Below are positions 1 to 8,998 of a DNA stretch of 64,000 bases, one piece after another (the first letter of the stretch is position 1; each line of letters begins with the position of its first letter). The DNA is taken from contig CM097887.1 in assembly GCA_044892525.1 (NCBI GenBank), positions 120,878,397 through 120,942,396 of the forward strand. Reading direction: 5' to 3'. Below the pieces are notes generated by a model. That model saw only the letters and a program-made list of their open reading frames with translations, was not told the DNA's origin and did no database searches. The position numbers and the translations under genes were made by a program. This DNA comes from Schmidtea polychroa. Lineage: Eukaryota.

Positions 1-2
1 CC

Positions 3-656
3 TGTGCAACGAGGAAAAACACTGGATCGAAATGGAAAGCACCTTTGACGCCAATGCCGGTACCAATAGAGCCGATGACAATGATATCAATGGACGTAGT
101 TGGTCCATTACCGGAATCGGATAGAGGAAACGTTTATATTTTAGTGATTACAGACTTTCTCACGAAATTTCCAGAAGCATTCGCGATGCCAGACCAAAAA
201 GCTAAAACAATCGCAAAAATTTTGGTAGAAGAGATATGTTGCCGATATGGAACACCAAAACAAATATTAACCGATCAGGGAACTAATTTTATGAGTGAGA
301 TAATGAGCGAAGTAACGAACTATTTCAAAATCGCAAAACTAAGAACATCTCCATATCACCCTCAAACCAATGGGATGACGGAAAGATTTAATGGAACACT
401 TATACAAATGCTATCAAACTACGTCGATCGTCACCAACGAGATTGGGACGAATATATAAACCTATGTCTTATGGCGTACAGAATGTCGATTCACGCATCA
501 ACGAAAATGAGCCCATTTAAATTAATGTACGGAAGAGAATGTAACATGCCAATGGACCTGGAATACCACCACCGATATCGCAGTATATGGAGATCAACGA
601 TTATGTTACGAAATTCAAGGAAAGAATGCAAGAAATTTGGGAAACTGCGGGATTAA
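3..656 (+). CDS. Ty3/gypsy integrase core (frame open from the window edge; frameshifted near 563-586)
   Basis: Motifs SMDVVGPLP, ILTDQGTNFMS and PQTNGMTERFNGTL give an intact D,D(35)E triad. The frame is open from nt 3 (CATRKNTGSKWKAPLTPM). Confidence 0.95.
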   Translation, partial: CATRKNTGSKWKAPLTPMPVPIEPMTMISMDVVGPLPESDRGNVYILVITDFLTKFPEAFAMPDQKAKTIAKILVEEICCRYGTPKQILTDQGTNFMSEIMSEVTNYFKIAKLRTSPYHPQTNGMTERFNGTLIQMLSNYVDRHQRDWDEYINLCLMAYRMSIHASTKMSPFKLMYGRECNMPMDLEYHHRYRSIWRSTIMLRNSRKECKKFGKLRD

Positions 657-3367
657 ATATCAAGTTCTACCAGGAAAGTTATAAAGACTTACACGATCGA
701 AAGAAAAACGTGAAGCAACATACGTTTCAAACAGGTGATTGGGTAATGATAGAAACCCCGGAATTAATTCCAGGAACCACAAAAAAGTTACAACGCAACG
801 GAAAAGGACCATATGAGATTCTATTTGTAGGCGAAACCAATGTAAGAGTGAAATTGGTAAATAATCCATTCACCAGGCCAATATACGTGAACGTGGCACG
901 ATGTAAATCAATTCCAAAAACCGCCACCAGTCAACCGGAAGGTCGAACATTAACCACACGTTCGCAAACATACAGAATGAACATGATGCAACAACTCGCA
1001 GAACCTATCACTGGACGATTGGGCATACAACCATCGGAAGCGGAAAAAATCGTACGAGAGGTAAAGATAAAATTACCCGGATGGGCAAAAGATCGATTAG
1101 ATTTCGAAATATTAGGAGGATTATTGACGATGATCGAAAATTATGCGAACAGAGAGAGGACACATCCGTTATTGCGAGTAGTTAAAAGTCAATGGCCAAT
1201 ATTATTTACAATAACAGATCATTATGGAGACACACCATTACACAAACTCATGAAAGTAGGTAACAACGAGCAAATACTAGAAACAATAGAAGCATTTCAC
1301 GACTGCAAGCGATCAACAGAACAAGAAAACAACCAAGGTTACACACCATTAATGATAGCAGCAAACAGAGGCAAAACCAAAGACATTATAACCGCATTAC
1401 TTGATACTGGATACGAGCGGAAAAATGCACTACATCATGCTATCGAAGGGAAAAGTACCGAGGCATTCACGTCTTTGATGGAACTACTATCATATGAAGA
1501 CAATCGAGAAGTCGGAAACATGTATGATGGATTGTTAACAGCGATCAAAGAAAAACTGACAACAATTACCGGAATATTAATTACATGGAGAAATCCAATT
1601 AAAAATGATTATATGATCAACGTAAACGAAGCGTTCACGAGAGGAGAGAACACGCTGATGAGAGAAGCTATGAAAGGACATCATTTATTCGAAATCCCGA
1701 ATCAATTACTAGAACGAGGGATAAAATTCACAAATCATAAAGATGAACAGTTAGCAAAAAAGCGAATCGACACATTCGAAAAATCACTATTCCAATTTTC
1801 TAACCAAGTACGAAATAAATATTGGGAAACGGTAAGTGTGTTATATATGATGGACACAATGAATAACATCCGCGAGAATTACCTGGATATTATCCAAATA
1901 CTTACAGCAGAGGAACGAATCAATAATCCAAACGGAAAGAAAACGAAAATAAGGTATGGGAAATCAAGGGAACCAAAGTCGACAACGAACCAAACGGTCA
2001 CAAACAACGTCATCGAAACCAAATCAATGAGTATAGATCAAGAGGCAATAATACGCAAAGCAAAAGAAGTATTCTTCGAGGAAATGCTAGAGCTGTCAGA
2101 CGAAATAATATTGTCAAAAATAATAAAAGCCGTACACACATACGCAAGAGACCAAACCACGGGTTTAGATATCGGGAAAATCAAAACCTTCTTGCCTCGA
2201 GCATTTACGATGGTAACAAAGGATTCCAGAACACCTCTACAACAAGCAATACTAGCTGCAAAAGAGAATAGAGCAATAACGATCATGAGAATCCTTGGGG
2301 AGATGGGCGAAGAAACCAACACGAAAAATGAACAAGGCGAAACCGCCATGATGTATGCAGCTATAACGAAAATACACCCAAAAACACTCCACATACTACA
2401 TCAATCGGGATCGAAACTAGACGAAAGGTCCAATGAAGGAAATTCCACCTTGGACTGGGCAACCATACAGCCAAACTTAGAAATGATCAGATTTATTTGC
2501 AAAAATGCGACAAAAGAAGAAGTTGAAAATATATGCAGAAACACATCTCAATTTCAGTGGAATACGGTACGGAAAAATCTAGAAGCAATGAAATTATTAT
2601 TAACATGGAGAGTACCACAAAATAATAAATACGCGATAAATGTAAACGAATTCTACGAAAACGGAGAAAACGCGATGGTAAAGAATACATTAACTAAAGG
2701 GGGGACACCAAAAATTATTTTAATAGTATTAAACAGAGAAGACCTCAAATTCACGCAAAATCAGAACGAGCAACAACGAGTTGGAAAACATCGTCGTATT
2801 CAATTGAGAGAGTTAGTCAAAGAATGGAATAGAAAGAGACATGCTGCAACGGGTAGAAAAGAGTTTGAATTCGAAGCAAAATTAGCAAGAAACAGAGTGC
2901 TAACAGCATATCGCAGATTATTGAACGATATAAATGTCGAGGACGACATTTTAAACGACAGCGGGGGAGATAAACACGATGACAATGACGGAAAAGGCCG
3001 AAAAGAGGATAAAGGGAAAAGAGAACCGGAAGAGGATAAACCGGAAAACAAGGATTTGGATACGAAAAGAGAGGGAAACAGCCCGGGAACCAAGACCAAA
3101 GAGGAGGAAAAACCGAATAATGGAAAACAGAGGGTATGCCTACCTTTCACTAACAAAGAAATAGAGACAAATATGATATTAATGATAATTATGCTTACCA
3201 TGATAGAGTTAGTAACAGCTCATGGAGGGACGAGAACGATAAAAGAAACCAAAGAAGCGGAGAATCAAGATAGCAAAGAGGATGAACTAAAACAAGAAAA
3301 GAAAAAGCAAGCACAAGAGCAGCAGTGGGATTTAAAGGAAGAATGGGACTTAAAGGAAAGGGACTAA
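587..3367 (+). CDS. Integrase C-terminal (GPY/F, SH3-like) region fused to an ankyrin-repeat protein with a hydrophobic tail
   Basis: FQTGDWVMI..KKLQRNGKGPYEI is a typical gypsy IN C-terminus. Ankyrin consensus matches: YGDTPLHKLM, QGYTPLMIAANRG, KNALHHAIEG, SRTPLQQAILAA, QGETAMMYAAI, EGNSTLDWATI. Confidence 0.85.
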   Translation: MEINDYVTKFKERMQEIWETAGLNIKFYQESYKDLHDRKKNVKQHTFQTGDWVMIETPELIPGTTKKLQRNGKGPYEILFVGETNVRVKLVNNPFTRPIYVNVARCKSIPKTATSQPEGRTLTTRSQTYRMNMMQQLAEPITGRLGIQPSEAEKIVREVKIKLPGWAKDRLDFEILGGLLTMIENYANRERTHPLLRVVKSQWPILFTITDHYGDTPLHKLMKVGNNEQILETIEAFHDCKRSTEQENNQGYTPLMIAANRGKTKDIITALLDTGYERKNALHHAIEGKSTEAFTSLMELLSYEDNREVGNMYDGLLTAIKEKLTTITGILITWRNPIKNDYMINVNEAFTRGENTLMREAMKGHHLFEIPNQLLERGIKFTNHKDEQLAKKRIDTFEKSLFQFSNQVRNKYWETVSVLYMMDTMNNIRENYLDIIQILTAEERINNPNGKKTKIRYGKSREPKSTTNQTVTNNVIETKSMSIDQEAIIRKAKEVFFEEMLELSDEIILSKIIKAVHTYARDQTTGLDIGKIKTFLPRAFTMVTKDSRTPLQQAILAAKENRAITIMRILGEMGEETNTKNEQGETAMMYAAITKIHPKTLHILHQSGSKLDERSNEGNSTLDWATIQPNLEMIRFICKNATKEEVENICRNTSQFQWNTVRKNLEAMKLLLTWRVPQNNKYAINVNEFYENGENAMVKNTLTKGGTPKIILIVLNREDLKFTQNQNEQQRVGKHRRIQLRELVKEWNRKRHAATGRKEFEFEAKLARNRVLTAYRRLLNDINVEDDILNDSGGDKHDDNDGKGRKEDKGKREPEEDKPENKDLDTKREGNSPGTKTKEEEKPNNGKQRVCLPFTNKEIETNMILMIIMLTMIELVTAHGGTRTIKETKEAENQDSKEDELKQEKKKQAQEQQWDLKEEWDLKERD

Positions 3368-3389
3368 AAGAAAGGGACTAGGAAGATGC

Positions 3390-4184
3390 ATGTCTAGAGC
3401 GTATCAGAAACTAGTACTGATAAATGAGGACACAGAACCAATAACAGAAGTAAGAATACAAGAAGCATACCGAAATCGAAACGGGAAGAGAATAACGAAC
3501 GTTAAAGGAAAAGAGGTACACCTAGGAAAAGGTGGTGAAGTAGTAATAACGCAGCTCCAACCTAGAAAAGAGCACAAAGTCTGTATTTCAAGATTAGGAC
3601 CCGGTGAGAGATGCCATCAATATGTGACGCAGCAGCAGCCGCCGAAAGAATACACGGTTTGTATCTGGAGAAACGAATCAAAAAGAGAATGCCGACGATA
3701 CCCGGGGAAAAGAGGAAAGAAAAGAAAAAACCACGACGAAAAGGACGAAGGAGGAAAGCACAAGAAAACCGGCGAGGAAGCTCAGGACAACTATGTTTCG
3801 GAGGAAGAGATGGAAAAAATACAAAAGATGGCAAAGGAGGGTATGAACGAGGAAATAGCAAGAATACGAGAGATGATGAAAGGGAATGGCAAAAGAGGGA
3901 ACGAGAAAAGTACAGAAGCAATATCAACATTAACAAACAAGGAAAAACCAGAGAGTATAAGCGTGAAGCAGATGATGTGGATCAGTGGGATAATAATAAC
4001 AGGGGCCTTCCTAATCATAACGGGGGGAACAATAAAAATAATTAAAGATAAACGACATCGCGGAGAACTAGAGATGACCCGAATCAGAAATTTCCAACAT
4101 CGAGTGAAACGACCAAGTGATATCAAACAAGAACAGTGGGTGGAGGCCTGGAACGCTCAGCGCCCTCCAAACTCACGTATATAG
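3390..4184 (+). CDS. Element A accessory ORF, unknown; duplicated Cys-pair motif and one predicted TM helix
   Basis: 264-aa ORF in the element's A-rich style. TQLQPRKEHKVCISR..RCHQY and TQQQPPKEYTVCIWR..ECRRY; hydrophobic MMWISGIIITGAFLIITGGTI. Confidence 0.7.
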   Translation: MSRAYQKLVLINEDTEPITEVRIQEAYRNRNGKRITNVKGKEVHLGKGGEVVITQLQPRKEHKVCISRLGPGERCHQYVTQQQPPKEYTVCIWRNESKRECRRYPGKRGKKRKNHDEKDEGGKHKKTGEEAQDNYVSEEEMEKIQKMAKEGMNEEIARIREMMKGNGKRGNEKSTEAISTLTNKEKPESISVKQMMWISGIIITGAFLIITGGTIKIIKDKRHRGELEMTRIRNFQHRVKRPSDIKQEQWVEAWNAQRPPNSRI

Positions 4185-4344
4185 AAAGGAATATAACTGT
4201 ATATAATTGTAAAAAGTAAGTATATCTTATGTATATAACAGTACTATATCTGTATATAAGCGTGGTATCAATATTATACAATAACGGGAATCATAAAATA
4301 AAATTAAATTTAAATAAGAGTTGAAAAGTGTATATAAATTAAGA

Positions 4345-4704
4345 ATGGATCAAGGAAATAACGAAATGAACCACAATACAGTAACTGAAGAATTATGGAA
4401 GCAACAATGTGCCGTATTAGCACAATTAGTGTCCAATTTGCAAGAACAAGGATTGACGATGCACAGAAACCTAATCGAGAGTATGAATAGAGGATTTAGT
4501 TATTTGAAGACAATTGAAGACCAGAGGTTGAAAATCGAACAAATGCAAAGAGAGATAGAGAGGATAACCCAATATAGCCGTAGACAGGAAATTGAACTAG
4601 AAAGAATGATGGAGGAAGCAGAACAGACAGAAATAGAAGACTGGTCGGAATGGCTAATGAATAGAGAGGAGAGCGGACACGAAGCCGACTCTTCCGAACC
4701 CTAA
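4345..4704 (+). CDS. Element A accessory ORF, small coiled-coil protein
   Basis: First ATG at 4345 follows an AT-rich spacer; helical E/Q/R-rich sequence. Confidence 0.6.
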   Translation: MDQGNNEMNHNTVTEELWKQQCAVLAQLVSNLQEQGLTMHRNLIESMNRGFSYLKTIEDQRLKIEQMQREIERITQYSRRQEIELERMMEEAEQTEIEDWSEWLMNREESGHEADSSEP

Positions 4705-4789
4705 ACCAAACCTAGCTTAAAATGTAAATAATTGTAAATAAAATATCGAACCTATATCGATAAGAACTATATGTACATATAATTATAGA

Positions 4790-6178
4790 ATGGATAAACG
4801 ACAAAGAGAAGAGTTCAGAGAGATTGTTGAACGAGTCCGAAAGTCTACAACGATCAGAATACACAAACATGTTATGTGCGGAATATGTGAAAAGTTGTTA
4901 AAAGAACCTCACCAAACTCAATGTGGATGCAGAGTATGTAAAGAATGTATCAGTGAAGCAATAAAGAATAGACCACAGTGGTGCCCGGTGTGTAAAGAGA
5001 CACTAATATCGAGTTTAGAAGACACTAACGAGGATAAAGCCGCAGTGAAAGACATGTTAAACACCAACCTGGGATGCAAAAATGCCCCATGCGAATGGAA
5101 AGGAGTAATATGGAAGGTAGTACAACATATGGGAGAATGTATGTACAGAATTGGCCAGTGTGAAAGGTGCCATAAAACCATTCGAGCAAGCGAAGAAAAA
5201 GAGCATCAAAGGCAGTGTGAAGAGAGATTGGAAAGATGTGAACATTGTGGAGAAATAGATACGTGGAAAAATCTCACCCTCAAACATCACAATGTCCAAG
5301 AGGAGAGGGAATGTGCAGAGTTCAGTGGGGAATGCCCAAACGGATGTAACCAAGGGGAAATAATAAAGGTGGCACAGCATCTAAGGGAATGTGAAAAGAA
5401 AAGAATGACATGTGTACTAGGTAAATGGGGTTGTCAGAAACTACTACACCGAGGGGAGTTACCACATCATTTAGTAGAAAATGCTTCAACCCACGCAGAA
5501 ATGTGGTCGACTGCGTTACAAGAAAGCGAAGAGAAAGTAAAACAAATGGAGATAGAGATAACATCGTTGAAAGTGCTAGTCAAAGAATTACTAGAAGAAA
5601 GGGAAGCGTTCGAAGAAGCCCGAGCAAACATAAAGATGCAAATAAACCGAATAGAAATCAGTAATAATCAGGCCAAGGAGCTACATCAGAAAATACGGGA
5701 AATAAATCTAAATGAGATAACCCCAACAGCACCCTACATATGGAAAATAACGGGAGTAAAAGAAAGAATACGAAAAGCAAAACCCGGAGAAGAGACAAGA
5801 ATAACAAGTCCTGCATTCCATTCTTGGAAAAATGGGTACAAAATGAAAATGAAGATATATCCCAACGGGGACGGAACCGGATTAGATACACACTTTTCGA
5901 TTTTCTTTCTGTTATGTAAAGGGGAATACGACGAAATAATAGAGTGGCCGTTCCAGGCAAAAATCGATATTGCACTAATGAATGACCGAAGCATCCACGA
6001 ACAAAGCTTCAAGACAACTGGAAACCAAATGTGTTACCAGAGACCTACGGAAGAAGAAGGATCAGCAACAGGAGCACCTACGTTCATCCTACAACAAAAA
6101 GTAGAAGATATGGCAAGAAATGACACGGTGTATATCAAGATGACCGTGAGGAAAGAGGAGAAGGGCAGAACGGAGTAA
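4790..6178 (+). CDS. TRAF: Full-length intronless TRAF (TRAF2/3/5-like): RING, TRAF zinc fingers, coiled coil, MATH
   Basis: RING CGICEKLLKEPHQTQCGCRVCKEC..CPVC; zf-TRAF repeats (CKNAPCEW..HMGEC, CPNGC..HLREC); MATH PYIWKITG..GYKMKMKIYPNGDGTGLDTHFSIFFLLCKGEYDEIIEWPF. Confidence 0.95.
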   Translation: MDKRQREEFREIVERVRKSTTIRIHKHVMCGICEKLLKEPHQTQCGCRVCKECISEAIKNRPQWCPVCKETLISSLEDTNEDKAAVKDMLNTNLGCKNAPCEWKGVIWKVVQHMGECMYRIGQCERCHKTIRASEEKEHQRQCEERLERCEHCGEIDTWKNLTLKHHNVQEERECAEFSGECPNGCNQGEIIKVAQHLRECEKKRMTCVLGKWGCQKLLHRGELPHHLVENASTHAEMWSTALQESEEKVKQMEIEITSLKVLVKELLEEREAFEEARANIKMQINRIEISNNQAKELHQKIREINLNEITPTAPYIWKITGVKERIRKAKPGEETRITSPAFHSWKNGYKMKMKIYPNGDGTGLDTHFSIFFLLCKGEYDEIIEWPFQAKIDIALMNDRSIHEQSFKTTGNQMCYQRPTEEEGSATGAPTFILQQKVEDMARNDTVYIKMTVRKEEKGRTE

Positions 6179-6371
6179 CTAATCGAATAATGTTGTATAT
6201 AATAATCTGTATATATCGGTGTATATAACCAATAAAATATTATATAATAATAGTATGAAAACCCTAAATACGAAAACCCAAAAATGATGCAAAAATTTCC
6301 AAAGAAACAGTAAATAATGAATAAATTCCTTTTTCATAATAAAAAGATTAATCGATGTCTATGATTTAGAG

Positions 6372-7427
6372 ATGACACAAGAGAAACTAACCGAAACTGC
6401 GATAGCCCCAACCAATGTCAACAAGACACAAATTCCCCGAGAACATAACAAAAAATGGAACAAAGTAATGTTCCAACTAACTAATCTCACCCGAAATCAC
6501 ATCGAAGAAGCTAGAGAGGATGAGAATAGTCAATACCAATGGTTAATACACAACTTAAGAGCGGAAGGAGAAGCATGCAAAAGAGCATCAAAATGGGCGT
6601 CACTAGAAAATACCCGCCAAGAAGCGCACAGCCACTACTTAAAGCAGCTAGTGCAGGAAGCGAGAAAGAGACTTACCGATGAGAACACCAAGCGCGAAGC
6701 GGAAAAGCAAATAGAAGGAAGGAAAATGATGCACTTAGTGGCAGAAGCGAGAAAATGGAAAAGACAAAACAGTGAAATGAAAAAAGAGATGAAAGAATTG
6801 CCCATGAGACTCGGATATGAAAGCGAACAAGGTAAATGGGAGGAGAATTTAATAATAAAGGAAGAATTGAAACGGTTGAGAAAGGTCGCCGCCCGAAGTC
6901 AAACCTGGCAAACAAAGGCTATGGAGTTTGAGCGACATTTCGCAATAAAATGCGACATAAGAGAGCACGAGAATGCCGCAATGGAAGAGATGATAACCCA
7001 ACAAGCAGGACGGGTTGTGGAATTAGTAAATCAGGTAGAAGAGATGAAAAGAGACCTTAATGGATTACAAGGATCGTTGGAACAAAGAAACATGGTCCTA
7101 GCTGGAAAAAACAGAAAATTAGAAAACGAAAGGAAAATGTACACCGAAAATATCAAAAACTTGGAAATAGAAATTGAAAAATGGAAGGGCGACGAGAAAA
7201 TCAAGGCCCTAGATAGACAAATAGAGATGAAAGACGAAGAGACAAGGTACCTCACCTACCTGCTCGACGAAGAGCTGAACATCACTCGAGCTCTAAGAGA
7301 CGAAATTAATGAGTTGAGAGCCCAAATTCCCCAATATTACCTACCATACGACCCTATTGCGATACAGTTACATCCCGCGGTCGATAGTGATGAAGGTTAT
7401 GTAGGCCAGGAGGAAACCTTCGTATAA
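6372..7427 (+). CDS. Element A accessory ORF, long coiled-coil protein of unknown family
   Basis: Uninterrupted 351-aa E/K/R-rich helical ORF flanked by AT-rich spacers; ends ETFV. Confidence 0.7.
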   Translation: MTQEKLTETAIAPTNVNKTQIPREHNKKWNKVMFQLTNLTRNHIEEAREDENSQYQWLIHNLRAEGEACKRASKWASLENTRQEAHSHYLKQLVQEARKRLTDENTKREAEKQIEGRKMMHLVAEARKWKRQNSEMKKEMKELPMRLGYESEQGKWEENLIIKEELKRLRKVAARSQTWQTKAMEFERHFAIKCDIREHENAAMEEMITQQAGRVVELVNQVEEMKRDLNGLQGSLEQRNMVLAGKNRKLENERKMYTENIKNLEIEIEKWKGDEKIKALDRQIEMKDEETRYLTYLLDEELNITRALRDEINELRAQIPQYYLPYDPIAIQLHPAVDSDEGYVGQEETFV

Positions 7428-7593
7428 GGGTGAATAAAAGATGAAAACAAAAATCGGGACGTATATCCCAAAAAAAAAAAATTAAAGTATTGTAAAAGTA
7501 TTTAAGGGACTGTAACCCGAACTATTAAATTTTATATAAATGTATATGTATAAGTCGCACTATAGCGCACCATTAACTGTACATATTACAGAT

Positions 7594-8298
7594 ATGAAAA
7601 TCGAGGAAATAATAGAAATTACGAGCGACGTAGAAGAGGGAGAGATTGAGGCAGAAACAACAGAAACACAAACGTTAAAGGCCGAGTTACGGGAAGAGAA
7701 GTACGAAAACGAGAGACTAGTAAACAAATATATAGAAGACCGAAAAATGATTAAAATACTTAAGAAAGAGTGCGAAGTGCTAGGAGAAATAAAGAGAGAA
7801 GCCGAAGAGAAGAATGAATGGCTGCAAGAACAACGAAAACGAGGAAGAAATTGGGAAAGGATTGCAGAGGAACTATGGCAAGAGAGGGCAAGCTTCAAGG
7901 CAGAAGAAGTAATCCAGGATTATTGGAAAACAGAGGCGAAAGAACGCCAAATAACTATAAATAAATTAAATCAACAATTGGAGGAAAAACAACGAGAAAG
8001 TGAGGAAATGAAGAAATGGATTCGCAAATACCAAGAGATCGAGAGAAAACAACAACAACAACAACGAAACCTTTCGCAGGAAAACGAACAAGATTTCCTA
8101 CAAATCGAACTAAAAAGGAATCTCGACAAAAAACGGGAAGAAATTAGAAGACTGAAAAAGGAGATAAGGCACATGAAAAGGGAGGTCCGTGAAAAGAACA
8201 GACAGTTGGAAATGCTGCCCGAGTTAAGACACAGAGTCATTAAAGCGGAATCCACCTTGATGAGAATCGCCGAAAATAACCCAAATCAGAACCATTAA
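7594..8298 (+). CDS. Element A accessory ORF, coiled-coil protein of unknown family
   Basis: Long charged helical ORF; likely start at ATG 7594 after TTACAG (the track starts at 7540). Confidence 0.7.
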   Translation: MKIEEIIEITSDVEEGEIEAETTETQTLKAELREEKYENERLVNKYIEDRKMIKILKKECEVLGEIKREAEEKNEWLQEQRKRGRNWERIAEELWQERASFKAEEVIQDYWKTEAKERQITINKLNQQLEEKQRESEEMKKWIRKYQEIERKQQQQQRNLSQENEQDFLQIELKRNLDKKREEIRRLKKEIRHMKREVREKNRQLEMLPELRHRVIKAESTLMRIAENNPNQNH

Positions 8299-8353
8299 AT
8301 TAAGGGTCACTAAAACCAATTGTAAATAAACATAATGAATGTATAATAGTATC

Positions 8354-8998
8354 ATGCGAGGCGAGATGATGATAACAATGACGGTATTGATGATTCTGAT
8401 GGAGAACAAACAAGTAAACGCCCAACCGAAAATCGTACGAGATTACCGCAATCAAAATCAAGAACCTAAACAAGAATCCGGCAAATGCACATACCCTATG
8501 ACAGTAAAAACCCATATCATCCAAACCATTCAATCAACCCGATCACACATCAACAACATCCAAACAATGTGTAAAAAGAATCCCATTTGTACAATGATAA
8601 ACAAACAAATTCTCGAACAAATCCAACAATTCGACCAGTTAGAACAACAAATGCAACAAGAGAATTTTGAAAATCTTGTAGAAAAGCCAAAAACACCTCC
8701 CGAAATCAATGACACCCATTATCTCATATATGTGGTGATTGCAGAAACCCTCCTCCTATGTCTACCAATACTCATGAAGATTTACGAAGTTAGAAATAGA
8801 TGTAGAATCTCGACATCAATAAGAGTAATCTCGAACAGAAATCCTCAAGAAGTGCCACTGACAAATCTTAACCCAACCCCATTCCGACCTCGAATCCCGA
8901 GTAACCAACCAATCCAGCCGAATTCTAACAGTCAGACCTATCTCAACATCAATACCCAAACCAACCAACAGCCGCCAACAGAAGCATCAAATGATTAA
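8354..8998 (+). CDS. Element A accessory ORF, predicted type I membrane protein
   Basis: Signal-like MMITMTVLMILMENKQVNAQ, two Cys in a Q-rich ectodomain, TM YLIYVVIAETLLLCLPILM, N/Q/P-rich tail. Confidence 0.65.
   Translation: MRGEMMITMTVLMILMENKQVNAQPKIVRDYRNQNQEPKQESGKCTYPMTVKTHIIQTIQSTRSHINNIQTMCKKNPICTMINKQILEQIQQFDQLEQQMQQENFENLVEKPKTPPEINDTHYLIYVVIAETLLLCLPILMKIYEVRNRCRISTSIRVISNRNPQEVPLTNLNPTPFRPRIPSNQPIQPNSNSQTYLNINTQTNQQPPTEASND

Noticed and set aside
3327-3380. Four GGGA(C/T)T repeats before the 3390 ORF as possible NF-kB sites
   Set aside because: They lack the YYCC half of GGGRNNYYCC; simply a purine-rich tandem repeat.
660-8715. Many minus-strand and alternative-frame ORFs overlapping element A genes
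   Set aside because: F/S/L-rich shadows of the A-rich coding strand with no domain features.
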